Below are positions 7,836 through 16,712 of a DNA stretch of 33,008 nt, one piece after another (positions within the stretch are counted from its first letter, which is position 1; each line of letters opens with the position of its first letter). The DNA comes from a virus (taxonomy: Duplodnaviria > Caudoviricetes). Below the pieces are notes generated by a model. It was not told where the DNA came from and searched no databases. It saw only the letters and a program-made list of their open reading frames with translations. The DNA lies in the IMG/VR virus record IMGVR_UViG_3300032216_000376, positions 1 through 33,008 of that record. The stretch is one strand, 5' to 3'. The position numbers were made by a program, and so were the translations under genes.

Positions 7836-10800
7836 ATGCCAATCTACGAGTACAAAGGGCAGCAATATGATGTTGCTACGGATGATGTAGCTGCGGCTAA
7901 ATCTAAAATATTAGGTTATCTAGAAAAACAATCTGCCCCCGCTGAGGAAAAGCCAGCGCCTGCGAAAGCAGCACCGATAGCCACTATGGGCGGCGACCCT
8001 ATGGGCGGCGATCTTGGTTCAGAAATTATGGGTGCGGCCACACCTAGCGAGACTAGCGGTACTGGCGAAGCTGTAAACCCTAAGGGTAAATCCGTATTTG
8101 AGCGCACTGCGCTAAAAAATATTCCCGCACCAACGGTTGACTACCAAAAGAACTTAGAGACTATGCGTCGTAGCGAGTCTCCTGAGTCAGTCATGTTTAC
8201 CCCCGGTCGCCGACTTGAAGCAATTAACGCGCAAATTGAAGGCGGGAAAAAGCAAGAAGAAGCGACCAAACAAAAACTAGCTGAGCAAGATGCCACTAAG
8301 CGATTCCTGCTAAATAGGCAGGCAGAAGCGGAAGATTACGGCGTTGGTAGAGGTGCTGCAGATGTTGGATTGTCTGCGGCAAAAGGCATAGTTGATCTAG
8401 GTCAAATGGGTATAGGCCTTGCAAATATTGCTACTGGTTGGATTCCCGGCGACAAGAATATCAATCCATTGCAAATTGGGCAGTGGGGAAAAATGCTGGA
8501 TAAGCTCGGCTATGACCCACAAAAAACAAATGAATTTCTTACTGGGTTTCAATCACCCCAGATGCAAAAGCAGTTAAACAATGTAGAGGATTCCAAAGGA
8601 TTCTTTAACAGTTTAAAAGCAATAGCAGTAAACCCATTAGCACTTACCGACACTATTGTTCGGTCGATGCCTTCCATGTTTGGTGGCGGCGCTGCTGGCG
8701 GCGCTCTATTACGTTTTTGGGAATCTAAAGCTGCAAACGAGGCGGCAAAACTTGGGCTTAAAGGTGCGGCTGCAGAAACATTTGTAGCAGATAAAGTTCG
8801 TAACGCGGCTATTTTTGCTGCCCATGCGGGTGAGGGCGCGGTTACTGCAGGTGGTATAGCTGAACAAGCACGGGAAGCCGGAGTTGATTGGGATCAATAT
8901 GTAGCTCCCGCTGTCGCCGCTGGACTTATTACTGGTGGTATTGGTTATGGCGCGGGTAAAGCTGCTGCGCGATTAGGTATAGGTGATCTTGAGGCATCTG
9001 TCGCTGCAAAAATGGCTGGCGTCAAAGGAGTAGGTGTAGGCGACCTTAATATGGGTTTGCCAAGGTATGTCTTTAGCGAAGCGCTTAAAGAAGGCGTACT
9101 AGAAGAACTACCTCAGTCCACGCAAGAACAAATATTTACTAATTTAGCTATGGGTCGTCCTTGGAGTGAAGGCGTACCCGAAGCATCTGCGCAAGGTTTA
9201 GTAACCGGTGCTGTCATGGGTGGCGGACATGCAACCTACTCCCGCGCACTTAATCGTCTTGGCCAACTTGCACAAGAAAAACAAAGAGAAGGCGCGTATC
9301 AACGCGATACAAGTTACGAAGGTTTGTCCGAACTGATTGCTAGACAAAAAGGATTCTTGACTCCGCAAGATCAGCAACAACGTCAGCAACAAACACAACA
9401 GCAGCAAGAACAAGCTCCTCCACCTGCGGTACAGGAAGAAGCACCTGCAGTACAAGAAGAAGCACCTGCCGTAACTCCAGAAGCAAGGGAAGCTACGATT
9501 GCTCAGTTAGCCACAGAGATTGCCGAGACACAAGGCGTCCCTGATGAAGACGCACGTCGTATGGCTGAGGCTAGGATTACTGCGCAAGAGCAACAACAAA
9601 AGCGCGACACCGCCAAACTTGCAACTAAACCACAAGACGACAGAATTAGAGCCAGAGCGCAGGAGTTACTGTCAGAAGGCTATGTGCAAGACGCTCAAGA
9701 AGCTATTGATACAGCAAAAACTCAAATACAAGACGAAGATGAAGCCGATGCACTTGCCGAAAGTGAAGCTAAAGGAGAAGCAAATGTTGGACAACCTAAC
9801 GCAGCCCCAAGTGGAACAAGCGCTAAAGTGGCTGGCGCAACCAATAAAGAACCCACCGCCACAGGAGTTGGAGGAGGTGAACGACCTAGAGTGGTTCCTA
9901 CTAAACCGGATGCTACTAGCGCTGATGGAAGAGAAACTCCAAAGCCCGCTACAGTAAGTTACGAAGGGCAAGATTACCTAGATACACCCCGTATTCGTTC
10001 GCTGATTAAAAAAGCCGACAACATTAACAAGGCTGTGCCGTCTGTACCTGAGGGTATGACTCGTTTGTGGCGTGGTAACCGTCCCGGTGAAGTTGGTCAA
10101 AACCCATCGTTTACTAATTCTTTAGTCGGTATCGCGCTCCCATTTAATGAGTCATATGGCGGCGATCTATCCTATGTGGATGTGCCAACTGCAGACTTAA
10201 GTAAGTACGAATCTGTTGGGGCAGTAGCAAAAGGCGCTGAGTTTAGAGTTACTCCAGAGATTGCCGCCACTGCGCAAGTAGTCCCAGCTAAAAAGCGTGG
10301 GCCAAAAGGTCCTCGGTTAGCCGCAGAAGAAAAAGAAAAGAAGGCGGTAGAGAAGAAAGCCACCGATGCTTTGATTGGCAGAGCACGTCGTGCGCTTACT
10401 AGTATTACAAAACTATTTGAGGAACTGCCTAAGCAGTTAGCCGAAGGTAAAACTAATGAGGCTGCTGCGCGTGCAAAGATAACTACTGAAGTTACAAAGC
10501 TACTTAAAAACCAACAAGAGCTACGCGATGCTGGGTTGGCCGGTTCAGCAGAAGGCAAGCGCATCAAAAAGTTTTTAGAAGCCAACGCACGCGAAGTTTC
10601 AGCCGTACAAGCCAACTTAGCCGCTCAAGAAGAAAGCTTAACCGCTCAAGAATCTGGTGAAGAGGAAACTGGTGCATCTTCAACAATCAACAAAGAACCC
10701 GCCGACGAAAGAATAAGTAAGTTCACAACTGGCGCTCAAGCTGTAACGCATGTCATCAAGACAGGCTCGCCATTCCAAGCTCGGTTGGCTAAGCGCCTTC

Positions 10801-13800
10801 GCAGTTTTGTGCAGGGTGTTAAGTTTGTTGTACTGGAAGAAGGTCAAGAAATACCTGAGCAACTCAAGACTCCTAGAAATGCTAAGGCATGGGATCGTTC
10901 GATTGCGCTCTATATTGAGAACTACAAGACAGGTGACCGCGTTATCTATGTGCGTGGCGCGTCATTTGGCAATTCTCAAGGTATCAACAACATCACTATC
11001 TTGCATGAACTCTTGCACGCTGCGACTAACCGCAAGTTGGCTATTGCATTTGAGTACATCAAAAAGGGTGTCTACCTAAACACTCCGGCAGTTAGAGCAG
11101 CGCAAGATTTAATCCGCATCATGAACAGTGCGGCTCGTACATACGAAGACCTAGCTAAGCAGAAGAAGTTGTCGATGGATATGGTTGCGCTTCGCTATGA
11201 CGGAGACATCTTCAACGACCCCCGTGAGTTTGTGTCCTATGGTTTAACCGACCCACAGATGCAAAACTTCTTGATGCAAGCGCACGGCTACGAGGCAGAC
11301 ATGCCATTCTTTACTCGGTTTGTTTCTGCACTGCGTGATCTGCTTGGTATGAAAGATACCGACATCAACGCACTGACCGACCTCATCGTTGCAACCGACA
11401 ACATTTTGAAAGCAAGGGTCCCCGGAGTTCAAATAAACGGCCAGTCCGTCAGTAGCATGTTTGGGTTTAACAAGGGTAAGGCTACGGAAACAGATAGCAC
11501 TCCCACCGTTACTGGGGAAACCATATCGGCTACGCCAAGCGCTAACGTCCAACGCCTTGCAAAGATGCTTGGCTCTAAGTTGTACGGTACGCCCCAAGAT
11601 ATTACTAAGGTGTCGGTCAAAGAGTTGTTCCAAAATTCTTTTGACGCTATTAAAGAAGCAATAGAAAACGGCCAGATTAAAAACGGCAAAGTTGCTATTA
11701 AGCTGGACAAAGATAAACGAACTGTCAACATCACTGACAACGGCCCCGGTATGCCCACCAGTGTGATGGGTAATCAGTTCTTGCAAATTGCTGGTACGGT
11801 AAAAGGTACATCTCGTGCGTCAGGTGGTCTTGGTGTTGCCAAGATGCTGTTCTTGTTTGAGAACAAAAAGTTAGAAGTTGTTTCTCTCCGCGACGGCAAA
11901 TTGTCTCGCATGGTTACAACTGGGGAAGACTTGAAAGCCGCGTTGGATGACCCATCACGCAGTCCAAAGATTACTATTTCAAATAACCCAGCCGACATTG
12001 AGAAATACAAAGATATATTTCCTGATGGGCACGGCACATCTGTAACCATTGAAATTCCTGAGTCATACACTGATTCTTCCAGCGGTGAAGAAAAGAAAAT
12101 TGACTTTCCGATTTCAGCTCACTACTACCCTGTATTAGAAAAAAGTCCTTTATTTGACGACATAGAAGTTACGTTTGATAGAGGTTCTGGCCGTCCAGAT
12201 AAATTGCAGCTTGGTAGCAACTTCCCTATCAATGACTTCACGCCTTTTGCAAATGTAAATTTTGCTTGGGGTACTGCGCGTGTCTATGTATCTAAAAAGA
12301 TAGTAAAAAATTATGGCGATAACGCCCATGTGCTGTCTAATGGTTTATGGCAATTTGATAGAAGCATTAAAGACCGACCCGGATATGACGGTAAGGCAAT
12401 TCAACGTACCTTCTATGTTGATGTATCCCCTTCCCCAGACGTTAAACCTGAGGATGCTGGCTATCCGTTTGACCTAAACCGTCAAGGCTTCTCGAAGCAA
12501 GCTAATGCCGACTTTGACAAAATCTTTAACTACATCACTGCGATCTACAGCCAACTAGATTTGGCCGCAGGTATTAAAAACTTTGGCACTGTTCAGTACG
12601 TCAACCCAAACGGTAGCTTGACTACCGCAGAAATACTTGAGCCTAAAGCACCACGTAGCGAAAACGCTTTTACTCTGATTAAACCCGGAGATAGCGTAGA
12701 AGTCCGCGATGGTGTTTTGTACGTCAACAACAGGAAGTTGCCAGAGCTTACCGCCGACGACTTAAAGAATACTGCGGTGCGCATCGACGAGTTGACTATC
12801 CCCCAAAAGGATATCAACCCACAGAAGGTCATGATTCATGACAACACTCGGTTCGAGATAGACGATAAAGTTTTAACGCAGCAAGGTTGGGATGTAGTAG
12901 TAATAGACAACTCATGGGTTGCTGTTAAAGACGGTAAAAAATACACTGAACCCGGTTCGATGGAAGAGTTAGTAGCTCAGATGGAAGCTGACGGGGCGAT
13001 AAAGTCCGAGTCTCTTTCTGAACGTGCCCGTGATAAGTTTGGTGATCGGTATGACAAGTACCTTGCTGAGATTGGTCAAACATTCCAACTACTTCGTAGT
13101 GCTCTAGTAGCCGGTGGCCGTGGTGAATACGGTGATTTAGCAAGCCAAGCAATCGGTACAAGTATTGACAACGAGTATTACGGTGTTAGTATCATGGTCC
13201 CGTTCAAGGGCATGTTTATCAATCCGACAACGACCGACATGCGCGACACTCCTGAGGAGGTTGCCATATCAATGATTGGTACGATGATCCATGAATTGGC
13301 TCACTTTAAAGCACGCAATCACGGTGCCGAGTTTGCTAGTGAGATGCAGAAGGTAATGACCTTATTGAAGGTCTACCCTGCTATTGATTTAGACCAAGTC
13401 GAGAAAAACTTAACTAAGCATATCGCTAAGAACAAAGACATTTTTGACTTTTTAAATAAGGAGTTCCGTAGTGGAAATCTCAAACCTCGTGGAAACCGCT
13501 TCAAAGACGCTGGCGGGTACCAGCAAATTGAAAATGAAGGCTCTACTGAGTCAGTGGAAGGCACTAGCGGAGCAGGAGAAGGGTGGAGACCCAGCCTATC
13601 CCAAATCGCTGGGCCTAGCGATCAGAACGCTGGACAAGTCGGCATCGGTGAAGGACTTGATAACGAAGCTCAAGAAGTCGGAGAGGCAGTAAGAAGTCAA
13701 AAGGCTATTGAGCGTGAGGCTCAGGTAGTCGGTGAAAAATTCAATGAGTCCGTAAAAGGCTACGAGTTTGGCAAAGCTGCAACGGCTTTGCAGATGGCAC

Positions 13801-16652
13801 AGGACCCTCGTAAAGTTATACCTGCTTTAGCAGCGTTATGGAAGAGAGCAAACGCGGCGCAACGTAGAGCTTTGGTAGCTGCACCTACTACGGAATTCTT
13901 AGCTGATTGGGCTGGCAACAACGTCCCGCAATTAAAGACGGTTTCTAATCTGCTTCAACGCATGAACGGCATGACGCTGCAACTGTTGAGGTCGGCTGGT
14001 GAATTAACAAACGAAATTGAGCGGGCATTCCGTGCAGACAAAACCTTGCGGGCTAAGCTCGACAAGATTGCGTTCATGTCTACTTTGATGGAGATTGATC
14101 CATCCAACCCCAACGCAAAAGAACGTAGTCTTAACTTAGACAAGATGTACGCTGAACTTGGCACAGACGGTCAACGCGTATACAAGCGCATTAAGAATCA
14201 TTTTGAAGTCCTGTCTGAGTACATGTCCCGTTTGTTGGATGATCAGATTACAAACTCTAAGTTGCCGATTGCTGAGCAAGCTAACCTGATGAAGAAGATT
14301 AGGGCGATTTACGAGACAGGGTCAAAGATTAGCCCGTACTTCCCGCTGGTGCGTGAAGGCGATTACTGGCTGTCTATCGGTTCAGGGAAAACCCGTAAGT
14401 TCTTTATGTACGAAACGGAAGCTCAGCGCGATGAAGCAATGCAACAATTTGCCGACGAGCGCGTTAAAAAGAAACCCAACGAAACTACTGAAGAGTTTGA
14501 AAAGCGTAGGGCTGAAAACTTAGAAGAACTAATCGGCGACCAAGAGTACAACTTTGGTAATGACATCAGCACTCTGCGCAGAGCCTCTGGTAATACAAGC
14601 GTATTACTTCGTGACATCTTTGTAACGATTGACGGTGCAAGTTTAGGTGACAGTGAGGCCAAAGAACGCTTGAAAGACGCTGTGTATCAAGTGTACCTAC
14701 AGTCCATGCCTGAGCAAAGTTTCCGTCGGCAGTTTATCCACCGCAAGGGAACAACTGGATTCCGTCCTGACCTCCTGCGTAACGTAGCACACACATCTAC
14801 AAAGATGGCTACTCAGCTTGCCCGTATTAAGTATGCTCCGCTGTTGCGTAATGCTATATCTGCTGCGCAGGATTCGATTGCTAACCGACCAAGTATGCAA
14901 CCGTTCGTGACTGAGATGCGGGGCCGGGTTGACTCTTCTCTTTCTCCTGTTAAAGAAGGCGTAGCAGCCAGCATAGTTGGCGGTATCACTAAAGCTTCCT
15001 ACATCTACTATTTGGGTGGCGCATCTTCTGCTTTGCTACAACCCTTAAGTATTTTCCAGACTGGTCTGCCTGTACTGTCTCGCTACGGCGCGTTCAATGC
15101 TACCCGTGAATTGGGCACTATGCTAAAGGTATGGCAGCAGTACGGCGTGTACAAAACCAACAAAGACGGAACTCAATCATGGGTCGCACCTTCCATTGAA
15201 CACGCTAAGGATTTAACTCCGTTAGAGCGCAAGGCTATACGCGAGATGCTGGCACGTGATGTGACTACTTCCACTTATGCAAGCGCAGTGTTTGACTATA
15301 AGAAGACGCCGACCGAGAACCTAAGCTCGCCTATCACAAACTTTGGTAAAGGTACCGTGGACTTGTTGGTGCTTGGTGGCTTGATGCACTCGACCGAGCG
15401 CTTGTCTCGTGAGATCATGTTCATGAGCTCGTTCCGCTTAAACATAAAAGAAGGCAAATCTTTTGAAGAGGCGGTAGATCAAGCGACCTACGATACCAAC
15501 GAAGCTCTGGGCAACTATGGCGAGTACAACCGACCCACATTCATGAAGGGTTTAGGCGGCAAGTTACTGACGCAGTTCATGATGTATCCGTTGCATGTAA
15601 CGCTATTCTTGCTCAAAAACTTTAAAGAGATGATTAAGCCGATGGACGGACGTACCCGTGTTGAGGCAGTGCAGAAGTTCTTTGGTACTTTGGGTACAAC
15701 TTACATCCTCGGCGGTTACGTTGCTCTACCAATGTTTAGCACAATCATGGGCTTGCTTGGCTGGGCATGGGAAGCATTAAAGGATAAAGATTGGCCTGAG
15801 GATTTACGGTCTATGAGCTTTGAGTTCTGGTTCCGTACTGTTTGGATGCCTAAGCAACTTGGCGAAACTGAAATTGGTGGTAAGAAGCTGTCCGACATCC
15901 TTGAGCGCGGTCCTGTTAACGCATTGACTGGGCTTGATATTTCTGGCCGTACCAGCCTCAACAACTTATGGTTGCGGGACACTAAAGAAGCCAAGACAAT
16001 CAAAGAAGAGGTCATGAACATGATGCTCGAGAAGTCTGGTGCTGGCGTGAATATGATGGTGTCTATGGCTGAAGGGCTTTCTGCTCTGGCGCATGGGGAC
16101 ACAGCCAAAGGTGTGAAAAAACTATTACCCGCTGGCTTTAGAAACTTTGTCACTGCAAATGAGTATTGGAAAGAAGGCGCTAAGGACAACAAAGGCACTC
16201 GGATTCTGTCTAAGGATGCGTTTACTACTGGTCAGATAATTGGTCAGGCTGTCGGCTTCCGTTCTGATTTACTGGCTAACACGCAATACGTAAACTTCAA
16301 GGCGATCGGCATTCAGCAACACATCCTCAATGAACGTCAGGCATTGCTAAACAATCTTGATCGTGAGTTTAGAAACAAAAACATGAAGAAGTTTGGCACC
16401 TACATGAAGGACATGAACGAGTTCAATCGCAAGTTCCCAACGTACCAAATCAGTGGTGACAACCTTTCAGATGCGCTCGAAGGTAATGCCGAGAAACGCG
16501 CAAAGGCTTTACGTGGGTTTGAACTCAACGAGAAGAACATGCCTTTACTTGGTAATGCACTTGCTCCGTCTCGTAAAGCGGCTAGGACGGCAGAAGCTAA
16601 AGGTCGCGTAGAAAATACAAGAGAAGTCTCTGGCCGACTAGAACGCCCATAA
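7836..16652 (+). CDS. Giant polyvalent internal virion protein (ART-like + zincin + GHKL ATPase + zincin + PLxRFG/LPD-type C-terminus)
   Basis: 2938-aa uninterrupted ORF. Motifs: RLWRG..SFTNS..AEF (~aa 743-803); HELLH (aa 1057) with EFVSYG (aa 1131); ELFQNSFDA / DNGPGM / GGLG / GTSV (aa 1263-1403); HELAHFKARNH (aa 1819); YFPLVREGDY (aa ~2170). Confidence 0.9.
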   Translation: MPIYEYKGQQYDVATDDVAAAKSKILGYLEKQSAPAEEKPAPAKAAPIATMGGDPMGGDLGSEIMGAATPSETSGTGEAVNPKGKSVFERTALKNIPAPTVDYQKNLETMRRSESPESVMFTPGRRLEAINAQIEGGKKQEEATKQKLAEQDATKRFLLNRQAEAEDYGVGRGAADVGLSAAKGIVDLGQMGIGLANIATGWIPGDKNINPLQIGQWGKMLDKLGYDPQKTNEFLTGFQSPQMQKQLNNVEDSKGFFNSLKAIAVNPLALTDTIVRSMPSMFGGGAAGGALLRFWESKAANEAAKLGLKGAAAETFVADKVRNAAIFAAHAGEGAVTAGGIAEQAREAGVDWDQYVAPAVAAGLITGGIGYGAGKAAARLGIGDLEASVAAKMAGVKGVGVGDLNMGLPRYVFSEALKEGVLEELPQSTQEQIFTNLAMGRPWSEGVPEASAQGLVTGAVMGGGHATYSRALNRLGQLAQEKQREGAYQRDTSYEGLSELIARQKGFLTPQDQQQRQQQTQQQQEQAPPPAVQEEAPAVQEEAPAVTPEAREATIAQLATEIAETQGVPDEDARRMAEARITAQEQQQKRDTAKLATKPQDDRIRARAQELLSEGYVQDAQEAIDTAKTQIQDEDEADALAESEAKGEANVGQPNAAPSGTSAKVAGATNKEPTATGVGGGERPRVVPTKPDATSADGRETPKPATVSYEGQDYLDTPRIRSLIKKADNINKAVPSVPEGMTRLWRGNRPGEVGQNPSFTNSLVGIALPFNESYGGDLSYVDVPTADLSKYESVGAVAKGAEFRVTPEIAATAQVVPAKKRGPKGPRLAAEEKEKKAVEKKATDALIGRARRALTSITKLFEELPKQLAEGKTNEAAARAKITTEVTKLLKNQQELRDAGLAGSAEGKRIKKFLEANAREVSAVQANLAAQEESLTAQESGEEETGASSTINKEPADERISKFTTGAQAVTHVIKTGSPFQARLAKRLRSFVQGVKFVVLEEGQEIPEQLKTPRNAKAWDRSIALYIENYKTGDRVIYVRGASFGNSQGINNITILHELLHAATNRKLAIAFEYIKKGVYLNTPAVRAAQDLIRIMNSAARTYEDLAKQKKLSMDMVALRYDGDIFNDPREFVSYGLTDPQMQNFLMQAHGYEADMPFFTRFVSALRDLLGMKDTDINALTDLIVATDNILKARVPGVQINGQSVSSMFGFNKGKATETDSTPTVTGETISATPSANVQRLAKMLGSKLYGTPQDITKVSVKELFQNSFDAIKEAIENGQIKNGKVAIKLDKDKRTVNITDNGPGMPTSVMGNQFLQIAGTVKGTSRASGGLGVAKMLFLFENKKLEVVSLRDGKLSRMVTTGEDLKAALDDPSRSPKITISNNPADIEKYKDIFPDGHGTSVTIEIPESYTDSSSGEEKKIDFPISAHYYPVLEKSPLFDDIEVTFDRGSGRPDKLQLGSNFPINDFTPFANVNFAWGTARVYVSKKIVKNYGDNAHVLSNGLWQFDRSIKDRPGYDGKAIQRTFYVDVSPSPDVKPEDAGYPFDLNRQGFSKQANADFDKIFNYITAIYSQLDLAAGIKNFGTVQYVNPNGSLTTAEILEPKAPRSENAFTLIKPGDSVEVRDGVLYVNNRKLPELTADDLKNTAVRIDELTIPQKDINPQKVMIHDNTRFEIDDKVLTQQGWDVVVIDNSWVAVKDGKKYTEPGSMEELVAQMEADGAIKSESLSERARDKFGDRYDKYLAEIGQTFQLLRSALVAGGRGEYGDLASQAIGTSIDNEYYGVSIMVPFKGMFINPTTTDMRDTPEEVAISMIGTMIHELAHFKARNHGAEFASEMQKVMTLLKVYPAIDLDQVEKNLTKHIAKNKDIFDFLNKEFRSGNLKPRGNRFKDAGGYQQIENEGSTESVEGTSGAGEGWRPSLSQIAGPSDQNAGQVGIGEGLDNEAQEVGEAVRSQKAIEREAQVVGEKFNESVKGYEFGKAATALQMAQDPRKVIPALAALWKRANAAQRRALVAAPTTEFLADWAGNNVPQLKTVSNLLQRMNGMTLQLLRSAGELTNEIERAFRADKTLRAKLDKIAFMSTLMEIDPSNPNAKERSLNLDKMYAELGTDGQRVYKRIKNHFEVLSEYMSRLLDDQITNSKLPIAEQANLMKKIRAIYETGSKISPYFPLVREGDYWLSIGSGKTRKFFMYETEAQRDEAMQQFADERVKKKPNETTEEFEKRRAENLEELIGDQEYNFGNDISTLRRASGNTSVLLRDIFVTIDGASLGDSEAKERLKDAVYQVYLQSMPEQSFRRQFIHRKGTTGFRPDLLRNVAHTSTKMATQLARIKYAPLLRNAISAAQDSIANRPSMQPFVTEMRGRVDSSLSPVKEGVAASIVGGITKASYIYYLGGASSALLQPLSIFQTGLPVLSRYGAFNATRELGTMLKVWQQYGVYKTNKDGTQSWVAPSIEHAKDLTPLERKAIREMLARDVTTSTYASAVFDYKKTPTENLSSPITNFGKGTVDLLVLGGLMHSTERLSREIMFMSSFRLNIKEGKSFEEAVDQATYDTNEALGNYGEYNRPTFMKGLGGKLLTQFMMYPLHVTLFLLKNFKEMIKPMDGRTRVEAVQKFFGTLGTTYILGGYVALPMFSTIMGLLGWAWEALKDKDWPEDLRSMSFEFWFRTVWMPKQLGETEIGGKKLSDILERGPVNALTGLDISGRTSLNNLWLRDTKEAKTIKEEVMNMMLEKSGAGVNMMVSMAEGLSALAHGDTAKGVKKLLPAGFRNFVTANEYWKEGAKDNKGTRILSKDAFTTGQIIGQAVGFRSDLLANTQYVNFKAIGIQQHILNERQALLNNLDREFRNKNMKKFGTYMKDMNEFNRKFPTYQISGDNLSDALEGNAEKRAKALRGFELNEKNMPLLGNALAPSRKAARTAEAKGRVENTREVSGRLERP
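7984..8011 (+). repeat. Short in-frame tandem repeat, period 15 (MGGDP MGGDL)
   Basis: ctatgggcggcga occurs at 7984-7996 and 7999-8011. Confidence 0.8.
9421..9473 (+). repeat. In-frame tandem repeat, 21-bp period, ~2.5 copies (PAVQEEA)
   Basis: cacctgcggtacaggaagaag / cacctgcagtacaagaagaag / cacctgccgta. Confidence 0.85.
9784..9957 (+). CDS. Candidate nested (overprinted, +1 frame) 57-aa helical protein inside the giant gene
   Basis: SD AAGGAG at 9772-9777, 6 nt before ATG 9784. Product MLDNLTQPQVEQALKWLAQPIKNPPPQELEEVNDLEWFLLNRMLLALMEEKLQSPLQ is amphipathic, while the main frame here is a disordered linker. Confidence 0.6.
   Translation: MLDNLTQPQVEQALKWLAQPIKNPPPQELEEVNDLEWFLLNRMLLALMEEKLQSPLQ
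13471..13692 (+). CDS. Candidate nested (overprinted, +1 frame) 73-aa helical protein inside the giant gene
   Basis: SD TAAGGAG at 13457-13463, 7 nt before GTG 13471. The product is basic and amphipathic, and most of the overlapped main frame is a Gly/Glu-rich linker. Confidence 0.5.
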   Translation: MEISNLVETASKTLAGTSKLKMKALLSQWKALAEQEKGGDPAYPKSLGLAIRTLDKSASVKDLITKLKKSERQ

Positions 16653-16675
16653 AAAATCCCCGCACTAGGCGGGGA
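16651..16675 (-). terminator. Intrinsic terminator of the - strand replication operon
   Basis: Minus strand reads TCCCCGC-CTAGT-GCGGGGA-TTTTTT (7-bp GC stem plus U6). It overlaps the stop codon of the convergent giant gene. Confidence 0.9.
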
Positions 16676-16712
16676 CAAAGGAGGGATGGAGCTAACATCC
16701 TAGACAACTGAT
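16651..16712 (-). ncRNA. Candidate ~62-nt antisense/trans-acting sRNA
   Basis: A -10-like TAAAAT lies at 16724-16719. The RNA has hairpin GGAUG-UUAGCUC-CAUCC, anti-SD CCUCCUUU, then the terminator. It has an 11-nt perfect complement to the RBS at 21334-21324. Confidence 0.45.

Noticed and set aside
10662-10716. GAGG + GTG in the +1 frame in another linker of the giant gene
   Set aside because: It opens only 14 codons, with no other support.
10750-11079. 109-aa +1-frame ORF inside the giant gene
   Set aside because: It has no SD and overlies the conserved zincin domain rather than a linker. The product looks like typical off-frame sequence.
11461-11664. 67-aa +1-frame ORF at the start of the GHKL domain
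   Set aside because: TTG start without an SD, and it overlaps conserved ATPase motif I.
16686-16703. Plus-strand mini-ORF MELTS after AAGGAGG
   Set aside because: The SD is essentially adjacent to the ATG and the ORF has only 5 codons. It is better explained as the complement of the minus-strand anti-RBS element.
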